Shown here: positions 39,515 through 54,500 of the stretch, piece after piece
Layout: every line of letters starts with the position of its first letter
How positions within the stretch are numbered: the stretch's first letter is position 1
Assembly: GCF_947568905.1 (NCBI RefSeq)
Contig: NC_079171.1
Span: 40,610,001 to 40,674,000, forward strand
Reading direction: 5' to 3'
From: Ostrea edulis
Taxonomy: Eukaryota
DNA length: 64,000 nt
The notes under the pieces: model-generated
Told to the model about the DNA's origin: nothing
Database searches by the model: none
Seen by the model: only the letters and a program-made list of their open reading frames with translations
Translations under genes and position numbers: made by a program

Positions 39515-42500
39515 ATGATGGTTTCAATTTATCTCCTGTTGATTATACTTATGTGTTCCTATGCATACGGTAAGAACACTTCTTTTCATATGTATTCACG
39601 AGCATTTACAATAGGCTGCAAGAGATACTAATTTGTATAAAAAATATTATTGTTACTCTATTTTGAGAAGAAAAAAAAGAAGGTAATCCAAGCTTTCCCA
39701 ACGATAAATCAATAGACATTGTAAGTTCATCTCACAACGTTTCACAATCATCCTACTTTGACAAAACCCGATTCAACCGATGTCCATGCATTTAACTTTC
39801 TTAACGATTGTGTATACATACCATCTTTTGAAACATGGTAATATATTGGTGTTGAACTCAGCCAACCATAACTTTGAGATATGAATGTAGTGAATGTGAA
39901 ATTTAAATGAATTAAAAGAAACCTGTCCCATAAAACTTGCAGAATGTTGTATCTGTGCTGCATGAACAGGTGGTAATCTATACCTAATGTAGTCATACCG
40001 ATCATGAAATCATAATAGAAGAGGATGAGTGTCGTAAGATATGGATAAGCGTCGTACAAATAATATACCCTTTCTATCATTTGCTTGAGGAAAAGTGAAT
40101 ATGATGACCTTTATTTTACTTTTAATGCTGATATATCATTAAAAACACTGAGACTCTTACAGACAAGATGTATTCTAATTCACATCACAGCTAAATTCTA
40201 AAGCACCCATCATCAGCAATTAATGTTTTCGATTTGTTACTTGATTTCTAAGAATATATAAGTGTGAACAAGTTTCATCAACCAATGTCAGTTAACATAC
40301 AGGAATATTAGCAGCATCAGAAAAAAATCTGATGAGATCAATTCATTTCTGAATACACGGATTCAATATATGTTACTGGCGCTAAATAAAGATAACACGA
40401 ACGGCTTGGAACTAATATTTTTGCATTTTCATATATGATAATTTATTGATAACTACGTTTACCTGATATGGGATATGGGCTCACGGCGGGTTTGACCGGT
40501 CAACAGGGGATGCTTACTCCTCCTAGGCACCTGATCCCACCTCTGGTGTGTCCAGGGGTCCGTGTTTGCCCAACTATCTATTTTGTATTGCTTGTAGGAG
40601 TTATGAGATTGATCACTGTTCGTTATCTTCACCTTGCATTGTACGTCACATCTACTTCATACCTAAGTATTGAGACTTATATCAAATCAACGGCAGACGA
40701 TTATTTTTATCTTTTTTTTTACATTGTGTGGTTGTCGGCACGCGGGTACGTTGAGACAGGTTAGGATTTTTTTTATGGGATAAAATCCGCGAAACAATGT
40801 TACGTCATAATTGAAATAAGTATATCACTAAGTATATATTAAATTCCGATTTTATTTTTTATTTAAGTTTTATTGATGCATAAAATAAACCATGCAGCTA
40901 CTAAGATCCAACGAAATTCTACACTGCTGTTGTGTAATTTCTGTCTGATCGATATGAAAGTAAACTGATGACGTTATGACTATACATCGAGTGACGTTGA
41001 CACATGCAAGGAATGTGTTTATGTGTGCCATGCAAATATCGACGAAATGTAGAGAATTTGAAATATATGACATGGTATATAAGAAATACATATGTGAAAC
41101 GCTGAGAATTTATTGATATTAAGAAGGTATGTTGATATCACTCATTGACAACTTTGTTTAACGGAGAAAACATTCCATTTAGCATGTCGATCCGATTTTC
41201 CTCTGTCACAGACGGAAATAAAACTGCAAAAGTAGCACATTAGCCCGCATACTTTTAGAGACTTTTTATACACCGTTTGAAAGGTAATAAATTTATGTAC
41301 ACGGCAATTACTGATGGAATCCTCTGTTAAGAAAACTTTTAAAGAAAACTACATAGCATCATGCAAAATGTAAAACATGAGCTAGATGGTTTCGTGTTTA
41401 AATGTTCAATAGCTATTTCTTATTCAAAGTGGTAGGATTCTATCAGTAATTCTGATATACTATGGGTATTTTACCGTCATTATCGCCAGTTAGACCAATG
41501 TTTAAATCTTGGGATAATGTGCTACTTTTACATTTTATATTAAGGTACCTCCATGATATATTTATAACATTCATGCAATGACGTCATACGGAAGTGCATG
41601 TTTGTCATGTTGTTATGATACAAAATGTTCTCATGTAAACAGCCAAAATAGTTTATAAGAGTTAGTAGCTACCTCTCTCTATGTAAGACATATTTTAAAA
41701 ATTATGCAGTTTACCTGCATAAATGAAGCATGACCTGTTTTAACATACCCGCTGAGTCTTTTTATACCAATGTAACGACATTGTTGAACTCGGAAATTAT
41801 ATAAATACCGATATCTTCTGATTCTTAAACAGTATGATCGGTTTAAAAGTCCCCGAACTGTTCTACTGTCCCAATTCCACGGTAAACGAACGGTGAACGA
41901 ACAGGAAGATGGTAAAGTAGAATGTTTCCGGGACGGACTGTAACCTGTACATAATTGTAAAACGGATCTGATTTACGATATTATTGAAATGTGCATCATG
42001 AAACTTCATTGGTTGTATTATCTTCAATATGTACGTTATATATTTACTATTTGTTTTGACGCAAGCTCAATTAAACCCATTAACATTTGCTTACCGTATA
42101 TAATCGCTATAAGTAAGATTTCTGAGAGTTGAAATTTGGTCCGAAAATCTGTGTTCTAAGAAGGTTAGCATTTTTCTGGACGGTGTATTGTATAGGATTT
42201 TTCCATCAACTCCGTATTCAGACGATTATCATGTTTAAACACATTAAATTCTTTATGTATTTTAAAAATATGCATAAAGTACAAGTACTTACATATTTTA
42301 ATTATTTTATGTATCTTAAATATATATTATGGAGGTTGATTTGTTCAAAAAATGAATAAATAGCAGCAATGTCCCCAAAATATCGTTTGAAACGGGGTGA
42401 CAACATTAAAGCAATGATTTGAAATTACATAAAAAATTATATTGATTTATAAACAAATCAATGGCAAATCCTTCCAAAATAGCCGAATAATATACAACCG

Positions 42501-45500
42501 ATTTATATGCGAGTATACACGGCAATCACTCTCCTTAGAATGTAAGGTTATATGTGTTTTGGGCGAGTAAGCATCCCCTATCGACCGGTCATACCCGTCG
42601 AAAACTCTATATCTCAATCGGGTATGCATACTAATTCATTGATAAAGTCAGTATGCAAAGAGCAGTCTTAATTAGTATGAAACATGTCAGACAGCATTTT
42701 ACCCAGTGATTGTATTGGTAAATTATATCGTTGTGTAAGCGCGAGGACATGCATTTTTCCAATTTTCAATCTGCTCTACCCTACGAAAGTTCTTACGTTA
42801 CTATCATCATTCATTTCCGTTACTATCATTCTCAATGTGTTTTCAACGACGAATTTTCTGTTCAGATGAGCCGTATAAAAAATAAAATAACACCTGATCG
42901 TAATTGTTGCTAGTGTATGATATTTCTTACCTACATATCATTTGCAAATAAACAATACAAATAGATATGATAAGTAAATGTGGGATTTCCGGAATTTCCT
43001 TCCGCCATCTTGGGATGATAGTAACGATCGTTTCTATCATCAGTTTAATACCTGTGATAAAGACTAATACCACTACTTTTTACTCACCCTCAAACAGGGT
43101 CACGTTTTAAGACTTATTAATATATGTAACATCAACACGATATTACCCGTGGGAATCCGAGTATACATGGCTTACTTACGTAAGATGTAACTATATTGGG
43201 ATGTTTATCGGATGAGACCGCAAAAATAGAGGTCCACTTTCACAGCAAATGTGGAAAGATAAAGATCCATCTAAGTTCAAAGGCCGTAAGCGCCGAGGAT
43301 AGGCCTAATTTTCAGCCCTTCACCAGCAATGGTGTCGTCTCCATATGGGTAAGTATTTTCGAGTGGAACGTTAAAAAATATCCAATCAAATTCATTCAAT
43401 GAATTGCTGGCAGGGAATTTGAACCCACATTCCATGTCAAAATATAATTATCCCTCTATATATGTATGTCATCGTTTCTGCGTTGCGGAAGGGCAGTACT
43501 GGCAGGACATATGTTATTCAGTGGCAACGACGTGGAGCTTGCTGGATTATGCTTCCCCATGTCCTTGTTTCTATCGCAATGATTACGCTCTCAATATGCA
43601 TAAACTAGGTGAATACTAGCTACACACAGTAAACATGTTGATCGCCGTCGTTTTGATTCATGGAGTCACACATTTATGTTTAAATTTGAAATTGTGCATT
43701 CCTGCAAGAATATAACACTTAGTTGTCGCTGTTGGATAAGATGTCCAAATCGAGTAAATATCATTGAGGTGCGAATTTGTACATACAAAATTGATGTGTG
43801 CGATGTGAAAGTAGAATTTGAGTTGATGGTGGCATGACAACTTGCGTCATTGCTAATGCGGATTGCCTTGCAAAAATTAGTGCTAGAAATAGGGTCTCCC
43901 ATGAGTATCTTTTTCACAGCTAGATATGCGCTGGTACACAACTAAAGATGAGACGAGTTTGTGACCGGTTACACACATTATCTGGAGAACATCGTTATTA
44001 CGTCATGGGCGGGGCTAGTTGTATTATTTGAAATGAATATATATAATTCTTTAATAACATTTCTGAAAATGCTAAAACTAAAAGATGGATCTAATTGTTT
44101 TAAAATAATGTTTATTTTACGAAGTGGTTAAGTATACAGGTGTAGCTCTATCGAAGCCATTTTGTATCCTTTCTATTCTTGGCAGGAAACATGGCTTTTT
44201 GTCCAATCCAATGCCTATGTTTTGATCTTGAATATTTTGTACAGATAACCTTGCCCTCAGAAAACCGACATGGCAACTTCATCAATATGGACCAGGTGAC
44301 GACCGATTCAATGCAAGCAATGCTGTTGATGGACTCAAATCTGACCTCAGCGCCTGGGGAGGTCAATGTGTCATATCGAATAGCAATGAACTGACAGCCA
44401 CATGGAGAGTGGACTTACAGGACATTCTCAGTATACGTCACATTACCATTTATTACAGGACAGACAATGTTGCATGGGGTTTGTTGTTTCTATGTATTAC
44501 ACATTGCACATGATAGTGAAGTAAATATAACCGCTTTATTGCATAAAAGTTACAGCCACGATATATGTGCTGTTATTATTTCAGGTACAACATATTGCTT
44601 TTCTGGATGATTAGAATAGTTATGATCAATCTGTTATTGGCATTTTATTTTATTTTTTTATTTAAAAAGATATTACGTTGTTTATGTTTTATATTTAAGG
44701 ATCAACATATGGCTATTCTGGAAGATTTTTGGGGTTTTCATTATACATATCAAACACAACCGACAGAACACAGGGAGAATTGTGCTTTCACGACACAAAC
44801 TTCACAAGGGATACTATACCCGCCGTCCTTAACGTCACTTGTCTAGTTCACGGACAATACGTTATTTACTACAATGAAAGACTACAAGGAGTGACCTACC
44901 CTGATGACTATAGTAACTACGCATTTAATGAGCTCTGTGAGGTAGAAGTCTATGGTATGTTTGAATATGTCATCATTAAATTAAGGTAAAACTGGTTCGT
45001 CTCATTTGCAAGCCGCAGTAATACACGTTCAATGCAAAGAGAAATAGAACAACATTATGAACATGATTAAAGGACTAAGACCATGTTTAGCTATATCGGC
45101 CCTGTGTTGTGTTAAAAAATAAAGTAGAATGAATTGAAATAAAATTGTTATACAATGTAATTTGATAATACAGTAAAACTTTGATATAGCGAATTTCTGC
45201 GGACACTCTATAAAAATTCGTTATACATTTATAGCGAATTCATAAATCAAATATAACGAATTCGTTATAAAAGTGATTTGTTCTACTTGTATATCAGTTT
45301 TACAAGAAAACGGCAATCAATATACTTGCGTTTGTATTATCTCTAGGAGAAATTAAGCCTGTATATTTTCGAGAAAAAACATTTTTATACAAAAAATATA
45401 CACATTAATTGATATATGATAACTTACCTTAATGGATTACTAAGTCATGCAAGAACATGTAAAGAGAAAAATTTCAACAAAACTATGCACAATGCATACA

Positions 45501-48500
45501 TCTACAAACAGTCTATTGCAGTTGTCATTTACTTGTTGCTTTACACAAATGAGGGGGTGTACGATAAAATAAATGCAATCAAATTTCAAATTTGATTAAC
45601 GAGAATAGTAAACAATACCGACAATATATTTGATCAACGTATGTGTAAGTATTGTTTTGCGTCAACAACCTTTTTTGAAAAAATACAAACAGAAATTTCT
45701 CAATAAGTGTGGATCTTTTATGACAATGGAAAGCGATTTTCAAAAATCACGAGTTTAAAAAAAAAAAAGAAATTCATTATAAAAAGTTATTTCTACGTTC
45801 ATTTTTAATTCAAGGGAAATATGAATATACTTCGTTATATCCGTAAATTCGCTATATTCGTGTTCGTTATAGACGCAGATTTTTATATAAAATAGATAAA
45901 GAATTTGCCGGGGAAATCGTTTTCACTTTGCTATAGCCGCAATATCGCTATATCCGTGATCGCTTCATTCGGGATTTACTGTCTATTTTTTATACCATCG
46001 CGACGTGCCACGATTTCCCAACGATAACGCCAGCTTGTGGAATTCTATACTTGACAAAACCGGTATCGGTCTGGTTTTCTGCAGAAATGTCTACTTTTAT
46101 CAAATTTAGTCATATAATTCATATAAAACACGACCTTCGATCCAGAAAATGACTGTAGCCTATCAACATTTATCAATACAAATACTTTTTGCAGGAGAAA
46201 TGTTTCGGATCGAAAGGTGTGATGTTAATGAATATTGAATATTTTGCTTTGAATAATTAAAACGAAGTACTTAAGTGGAGTCAATATCGTTTTCATACAG
46301 AATACGCTCCTATGTGGTGTTTATATTACAAGTTTATGCAGAAATTTGAAAAGCTATATAATTTTAATACGTAAACAAAGGAATCTGCACTCCAACAAAT
46401 CGGACCTTAAATGCTATAGAAAGTTGTTTTTTTTACACGACACCAAGATAATTCCTAAGATCAAAATGAAAAGAATTAAAGAACATGAAATACTAAAAAT
46501 ATTGTGACGGGTAGTATTCTGATGTGTTCCAGTATTTAATAAATAGGCTAAGCTCAAAGTAGGGACTATTACGAAGTTTATTCATATGTTGTGTTTACGC
46601 AATGCATACAGTCACGCACATACAATATCGCACGCATCTACATTTCTATCTTCCATGACTTCGCAAATCCAATGTGAAACTGTAACAAAATAAACGTTTG
46701 CCCTAATTTGTATCACAAACGGTTCATATCAAATTTACAAATACTAGTCGTTAACAATTTCACATGTAAATAATACACATAACTGCTTGCGTCCATATTC
46801 GCACGCACAGTCGTGAAGACACCGAAACACCTGCTCAATGTATTTCTCGCAAATGTACCTCTCAAAACAGAAGAGTCAAAGACGCATAGCTAATTCGTAT
46901 ATGAAATATTTCACATAGGTTAAACAAACTTATTAATATTGCCGATACATCGGAAGTATAACGTTAACTAGGCCTGGTAAGCCTCTATGTATTGGGGATT
47001 TTGAGCGAGTGACGTCATATACGTCGTGGTAGAGAGCCAGTCTTTCAAGTGGTAGATCCGGGTTCAATTCCTGTCGGTTTCAATATTTATTTTTTTAATT
47101 ATAATGTTAAATATATATTTATGTTTGCGTTATTGAAAAATTAATTTCTTTGAAGACACTCAACACGAAATTGTATATGTGGAAATAAATATATCAATAC
47201 GCAATCACATCTTAAGCACCAAGAAAATATGCAAAGATTGCAGATTATATTTCTTTAAATCCTGAGAAAAAACAACAACAAAATACCCCATTTCAGAGTT
47301 GAACCACCAGTAAATGATAATGGAAAGTAAAACGTTTTTTGCAATACATCTAATGTACAGTAAGAAAAGTCAGAAAAAAGTGAATCCATAGCTATTTGTC
47401 ATTTCCCGAGCAATAACTTTTTTGTTGAAACCACCACATGGTATTTTGTGTAGCAAATGTAGACATGTGTATTACATCCAACAGGAATGTCACAATCAAT
47501 CTCGGCCACTTCCTGAGACAAAGCCTTCACAGACAATTTCAATAACCTCTCGACAGAATCAGGACTAGGGTACTTGTAATGATAACTAAATGACAGCCAG
47601 TTTCAGTGAAATGGGGGTGTAATGGTCTAATGGACCATTTTTTGTATTACAAGTAATGGTAATGTAATGCATGACTTGTAGAAAATATACTGTACTGCAC
47701 ATTATCTTCCATTACATTTACATTGCTTCAAATATTTGATGATATTTTGAAGATTTAGATTAATTCATTATATTAGTGATTGACTGAAACATTTGATGCA
47801 TTGATGAGAACCAAATGCAATTAATAACTTGTATGTATTTTCTAACATTAATGACTATTTTGTGTGCTTATATGACTTTGTAATTAAAAATCCTAAATCA
47901 TTATAAAGAAATATTTCTTCTGCCAGTTCTTTAATATCAGTGTGTTGTGTAAAGGAGTAATGCAATGCAGTCTCAGGTAATGTAATACATTACATTTCAA
48001 AATAGGAGTAATGGCAATGGTAATGTGAACTTTTTTAAGTAATGTGAATGTGATGCATTGCATTGCTATGTAATTCACCTTAGACCTGGATATAACACTT
48101 TCTTCTCATGCATATCTGCAAGTGCCTTGGACCTTCGATCATAATTCCAACTGCAAAGTGTCCACTGTCCAATGTGTGTGGTTCCAAGATGATGAATTCA
48201 GACCTGGTGTTTTGGACAGTTTGTTAACTTTTGACTCTACAGTTGTCATCAGGGCTGCCATCCTTGAACTCATTCAAAAAATTACACAAATTATGACATT
48301 CACAATTCAACATGCCGATTTTCATTTGAACTGTAACGTGCCGGGTGTCTAAGCTCGTACCCGGTTCACCCGAGTTTTAATGAACAATGATCAATATAGT
48401 AAATTTCACCTATCTGGTGTTTATCTAAACACAAGAGGTACAACAAGTTGCAATATATACCAATATTCTTTACACCTACCTGGTGTTTAATGTTTAACTC

Positions 48501-51500
48501 CTATGTACAACTGACACTTGTCACTTGTCAGATCTATGCCTGTTTGTAGTCACTGGCCTTCACCACTTGTCTCTGCCAGTTGCATATGCCACCTGCATGC
48601 AACAACCTGTGCTTGCCACTTAATTATGCCACCTGTTTATGGTCACTTTCCTTTGCCAGTTGCAGATGCCACTTGCCTGCAACAACTTGTGCTTGCATAC
48701 ACAATTTATCAGTAAGCCACTTGCCTCTGATAATTGCTCAGAATTTATTACACCACAATGTCAAACGTCCTGACACTGGAACAATTTGTTATAGTATTTA
48801 CCTTACATGGAAATACCATCAATTTCCATCAACAACATTTACAAGTGGCTGCTCCCTATATATATGTCTCTGCATATCCGTATCAACAGGCTATAAGATC
48901 TTCCATATCATAATCTAATTAGGGCTAAACAAGTATATTCACATGTATATCTATTTTTTGGGTTGTTTTTTAGTTTTATATTATCAATTCTCGTTAATCT
49001 ATTTAATCAATACACATATTGATTATAATATGTACACTGATCTAATTACATAGTCAAAGGGATATACATCATTTAACAAAGGGGCGTAACTCTCAACCGT
49101 TTCAGAACCATCAATTTGAAATATGAATTCTTCCAATTAACAAATCCAAGAAAAACACTGAAAACTTTCACAGCTATATTTCAAATGACATCAACACACA
49201 GAACACACAGAACCATGGTGCAGGATTTCTCTGGGAAGTTCCATGGGTTATTAAGGGTTAAACTTCAGAGTCAACATGTACGTTTCTTCCAAGCAATATT
49301 CTTGTTTGGATCCAGTTTTCCCAATTCTGACTTAACTGCCTGATACTGTAGGTGTCCATTTTGTGCCCGTATTGTGGGAGTCTGTTTCCACGTAGCTACC
49401 GTATAATCTGGTACCTATTGCCAGACACAACAAGGAAGCTATTCCTACAGTGATGTCCAAGACTGATCCGCATGTGTCACTGATGCCACTATCATTGATG
49501 AATCTGATGGCACTGATGATAGCGTTATTGAGGAGTAGGAATATGGATTCTTGTCATTTTGATTCACGTCACCCTTGATATCAATTTTGTTGCACATATT
49601 ATATCATCCTGTAATTCAAATAAATCCAGTAGAACTATATTACACATGGATTATAAAATTAATAAGGTTGTACTTTCATGTCCTCATGTATTTTCAATGA
49701 TATGGAATGAAGACAAATTACATTTATGTATTCAGTGGGAGACATGTCTCCAGCTAAATAATAGGCCATTTCAGCTACATGTATATTTAGACTGCATAAA
49801 TAATTCTATACACAAACATTTCATTTGCATTTGACTCCCCATGGCCATCTACTAATTTTTGTTGTAGCTAATGTTGAATATTATCTTACTAAGTTACTTC
49901 ACAATTCTCATCTAATTCACAAAATATTTTTATCTTTCATTCTCTTTTCTGTGGTAGATGTATGGAACAATCAAATATTGAATACTATACAGGATATAAG
50001 CTAACAAAAAATTATATGCTTAAATCATGTTATTACCCATGGAATTCAACATTCTCTGAGTGATCCTATATCTTTTCAAGAGCTGGTAATCCCAATGCAG
50101 GCATGTAGAGTACTTAATTGTTGAAAATTAAGTTCGACATGTTTACAATTCATCTTGAAATAAGGCATGTTTAAATTATAGAAGTAAGAAACAAACAGTG
50201 TTCTTGTGATTATCCTGGCTTAATGGTGGTTTTAAGTATTTAAGAATTATTGAATTTAAAATCATTCCGACTTTTCCTAATCCATGTTTCCGCGTAAATG
50301 TTACCCCAGAGACATATACCATTATTGAAATATACATTATATACAATTGCATGTCTCTTTAACCTATATAAATACTTTTAGACTACACATGAAGTTCAGT
50401 GTCACAAGAGAGCCAAACTTCATGTAAGAAAATGCAAATAGACCCGAGAAGTTCATTCACTTTGGAATTGGAAATGGCATGATTATGTTCTTTGAACAGC
50501 TGATTCTTATGATCAGCTGATATATATACATTTTAAATCTTCACAATATATAATTATAATAGATAAACAATGATATATGTTGACAACAGTTACGTTAATA
50601 GATTTGTTGAGGGATTTCCAACAGCGCAATGCGTGGATATTGTGAGTTTATGTCAACACACCACAGGTGCCTCATACTATTCGTTCCATGTGACTTGTTT
50701 ATTATTTTAGAGACCAATTAGTACACCCATTTCGTTATACAGTTTAACGAGTAAAGGTAAAATATATGCATATTTTTAAAACGTACGTTGAAATGCAATT
50801 AACACCTCCTCTGCAACTTCCACAAACTGCGCAAACAGCGTGTGAAAATGACCGAATGGATTGAAAATATGGTGTTCCATTCAGGTTATAAGTAAAACAA
50901 CGTTTTTGCGTATTGGGAGAGGGTATTTCTTTTTCAAGATCTTATTATGATATTAAGTCATTGCATAATGATGTTTTACAATACGTTACCACTTCTAATA
51001 ATATATAGCGACGTTGTATGACACAATCTTAAAAAGTAGCGCAAAGTATAGGTTTGATACTTGTAATATAAACCTAAACGTAGTGCTCTTTCACCAACTC
51101 AACATAACAAAACCAAGTACAATATAGGAAAAGAAAAAGTTAAAGAATATCTTTAACAAGAAATTATTCATTTTGGACGTTAGGCCGAATTTTGCTAAAC
51201 ATGGTATTTGTCCTTTCTTCTGATTTATGGCATGTTTGAATAATGATTATGATTATATTAAATTATGAAGCGACAAAGAATATGTGGAAATGGTGTTTTT
51301 CTGATTTTTCAGATATCTGTTCTGACAGAAATGGTTATAACGAATTCGTGTATAACGTAGTTATGAATACATGGTTAATTCACATCATTCAGTAGGATCC
51401 ATTTGATACCCATCACTAATCATTTTCCCCTAGGGAATAATACTTATTTGCATTCAATTCATTTATCAGATTTGTTGGATTATTTCTATTTTCGTCTTTA

Positions 51501-54500
51501 ACATCACATACTTTTCACAATTAATCTTCATCAAAATAAAAAAAACACACCATAAAACTAAGATTGTGACATCATGAACATTCCACCGCATGTTCCAATT
51601 AGTAATATACCTTAAATTTCAGACACGGCATCTCTTTGATGTCTAAGGATAACGTCGAAATCTTAATAACGGATATCCGACCACGACAAGCGTTGTAATT
51701 TTAAAATATCATCACTACTACGGCCTTGACTGAGTGCTAAACAAATGTTAGCATTTGTTGTGTGTCACGTATAAAAAGCAAATGATATAGAAAACAAAGT
51801 TCACAGCAGGTGTGACCGGTCAAAAGGGGCTGCTTGCTCATCTTAGTCAGCTAATCCCACCTCCGGTGTGTTGAGGGTTCCTTGTTTTCGTTACCCTGAT
51901 CTTTGTATCCTTTATATAATTTCGGCGTATGGAGAAAAAAGTGCCACCATGTGACTATCAGATTTTAAACATCATACCAATGAGACGGTACATAAGAAAT
52001 GGAGCTTGTGAAACCCTAGTAAACGCCGTCGTAACATCTACATTTGATTATGGAAACTGTCTATATTTTGGAGTTGGAAGAAATTGGACCGGCTGCAACG
52101 GGTGCAGAATACTGCTCCTCGTCTAGTTACGAGGTCGTCGATTCGGAACACATATTTCCAATTCTGGTGAAAACTCAATTGGTTTCCACTTCATTGCCGA
52201 CCCCAAATCAAGATTTTGCCTTATACATATCGTTCCTCTCCAGGATCTTGGCTGTCATACAGTTTTTGAAATGAATACAAGCCATGTTGACCATTACGTT
52301 TAGAATCGAAGTCGCAACTTTTGGTTTCAAATGTCAGGTCAAAAAACCCTGGTAAACATATCTTGAAATAAAAAAAAAAACAAAAACAAAAACAAAATCA
52401 AAAAAAAAAAAAAATATTCGCTATCGATCTTATTACAATTATTCATTTCGATGATTTTAGGGATATATAAAATTGTATGTCATATTTTCATTTAATTTCA
52501 TTTAATTGTGTTTCATCGTTGTACAGTAAAACTCGAATATAGCGAACACGGATATAGCGAAATTACGGCTATAGCAAAAGTGAAAACGATTTCCCCGGCA
52601 AATTCTTTATATATTCTATATAAAAAGCGCGTCTATAACGAACACGGATATAGCGAATTTACGGATATAACGAAGTAAATTCCTATTCCCCTTGAATTAA
52701 AAATGAACGTAAAATCACCTTTTATAACGAATTTATTTTTTTCATTTTAAACTCTCTGTGATTTTTAACAATTGTTTTCCATTGACATAAAGGATCCACA
52801 CTTATTACAAAATTTCTGTTTGTATTTTTTCAAAAAAGGTTGTTAACGCAAAACAATACTTACACATACATTTAGGAAATATTTTGTCGGTATTATTTAC
52901 TATTCTCGTTAATTAAATTTGAAGTTTGATTGCATTTATTTTATCGAACACTCCTTTATTTGTGTAAAGCAACAAGTAAATTACAATTGCAATAGACTGT
53001 ACATGTGTGTATTTCGCAAAATGTTGTTGACATTTCTCTCTCGACATGTTCTTGCATGACTTAATAATCCATCAAGATAAATTATCATATATAAATCAAT
53101 GTGTATATTTCTTGTATAGAAATATTTCTTCTCGAAAATATATAGGCTTCATTTCTCTTAAAGACGATACAAACGCAAGTATATCGATTGCTGCTTTCTT
53201 ATATAACTGGTATATATGTAGAACAAATCAGTTTTATAACGAATTCGTTGTATTTTATTTATGAATTCGCTATAAACGTATAGCGAATTACGCTTATAGC
53301 GTTTTTGTAGAGGGTCCCCAGAAATTCGCTATATCAGAGTTTTACTGTGTTCCTCTTCGTACCCTGGTAAACCGAGTGTTTAGAGCATTGCGCTCAATAT
53401 CACACGGCCTCTCACCTTTATCGGCGCTGGTTCGAATCCCGCTCGCGCCAGTAAGTGAGAAAGTTCCCCAGTTACTTTCGGAAGGTCAGTGGTCTCTTCT
53501 CAGTTACATTGTATCTGAGTTCTCTCTTCCACCAATAAAATAACTGAAAAAGTGTTGAATGTGGCTACAGCATCAATCAATCAATCAATCAATCAACCGT
53601 AAAGCACCTTGGAGTAATTTATTTTTTGTATGGTGATATGTAAATTTCATTGTTATTATGATGAGTTTGTTCACTATTCAGTATCTTCCTTTCTTCAATC
53701 ATAATAATCAACATTTGAAATACGTGTTGCATTTGATCAGAAAGCCACCGTGGAAAACGTAGCACCATAGTTATCATCAAAACCATAAATGACACTTCAA
53801 TAGAGACATTCATCCGCTCTAATTCACCTCCACACTGTTCCGGTTTTTTTTCGTGCAAACCGATCATGCGTCAACCCGTGTAAACCATTTATCGCTCTTT
53901 GCAACCGTTCATCGTTCTGTTTAATTCATCAAGTGTTTCGTGTAAAGCATTCAACGTCAACTGTAAACTGCTTCATGCAATAGTTCCCCGTAATAGTCCT
54001 TTCGTTCAAGTGAAATATTCAAGCTACGTCCATGAAAATGTGCAGACCAAGCAACACCCCCTAACAAGAAATTACAGATCGTACCTTTACTATTTTATGT
54101 ATCTAAATGCATTTTCACGATGTGCGTATTTCTCTGAGAAAAATTCATAGAAAGAAAGAGCATTCATACCGTCTTATTGAATCATGATATCTAATGATCA
54201 ATACATTATGTTTGATCTGCACACGATTATTACGCAACAAAAAGGATAAAGTTTAGACTTTGATAGCCAGTCTTGTGCCGCTTTCCGAAACTCAATGTAG
54301 ATCCGTGTTATCATTGGCGTAACTAAGTTGAACTAACTTACGCAACAGTCTATGTTTTTTTTCTTCAGAAAACGGATGCAGAATTCAATTTGTAGAAATT
54401 TTCTAAGGCAATATTTTCCCAATAATATGTTTCCGTGGACTCAATATTCAATATTGAATGGTACGTTTATTTATTTTAAAGGATGTCCCAGTCCTGGATA

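Noticed and set aside
48490-48760. 80-bp-period duplication rich in CACCTG/CACTTG
   Set aside because: Only two decayed units inside transposon debris; nothing supports a function.
53361-53450. tRNA genes suggested by A/B boxes (also 4170, 38735, 47015-47075 and 55630)
   Set aside because: No complete cloverleaf or acceptor stem. Most continue into SINE bodies; the 47 kb piece is a short degenerate fragment.
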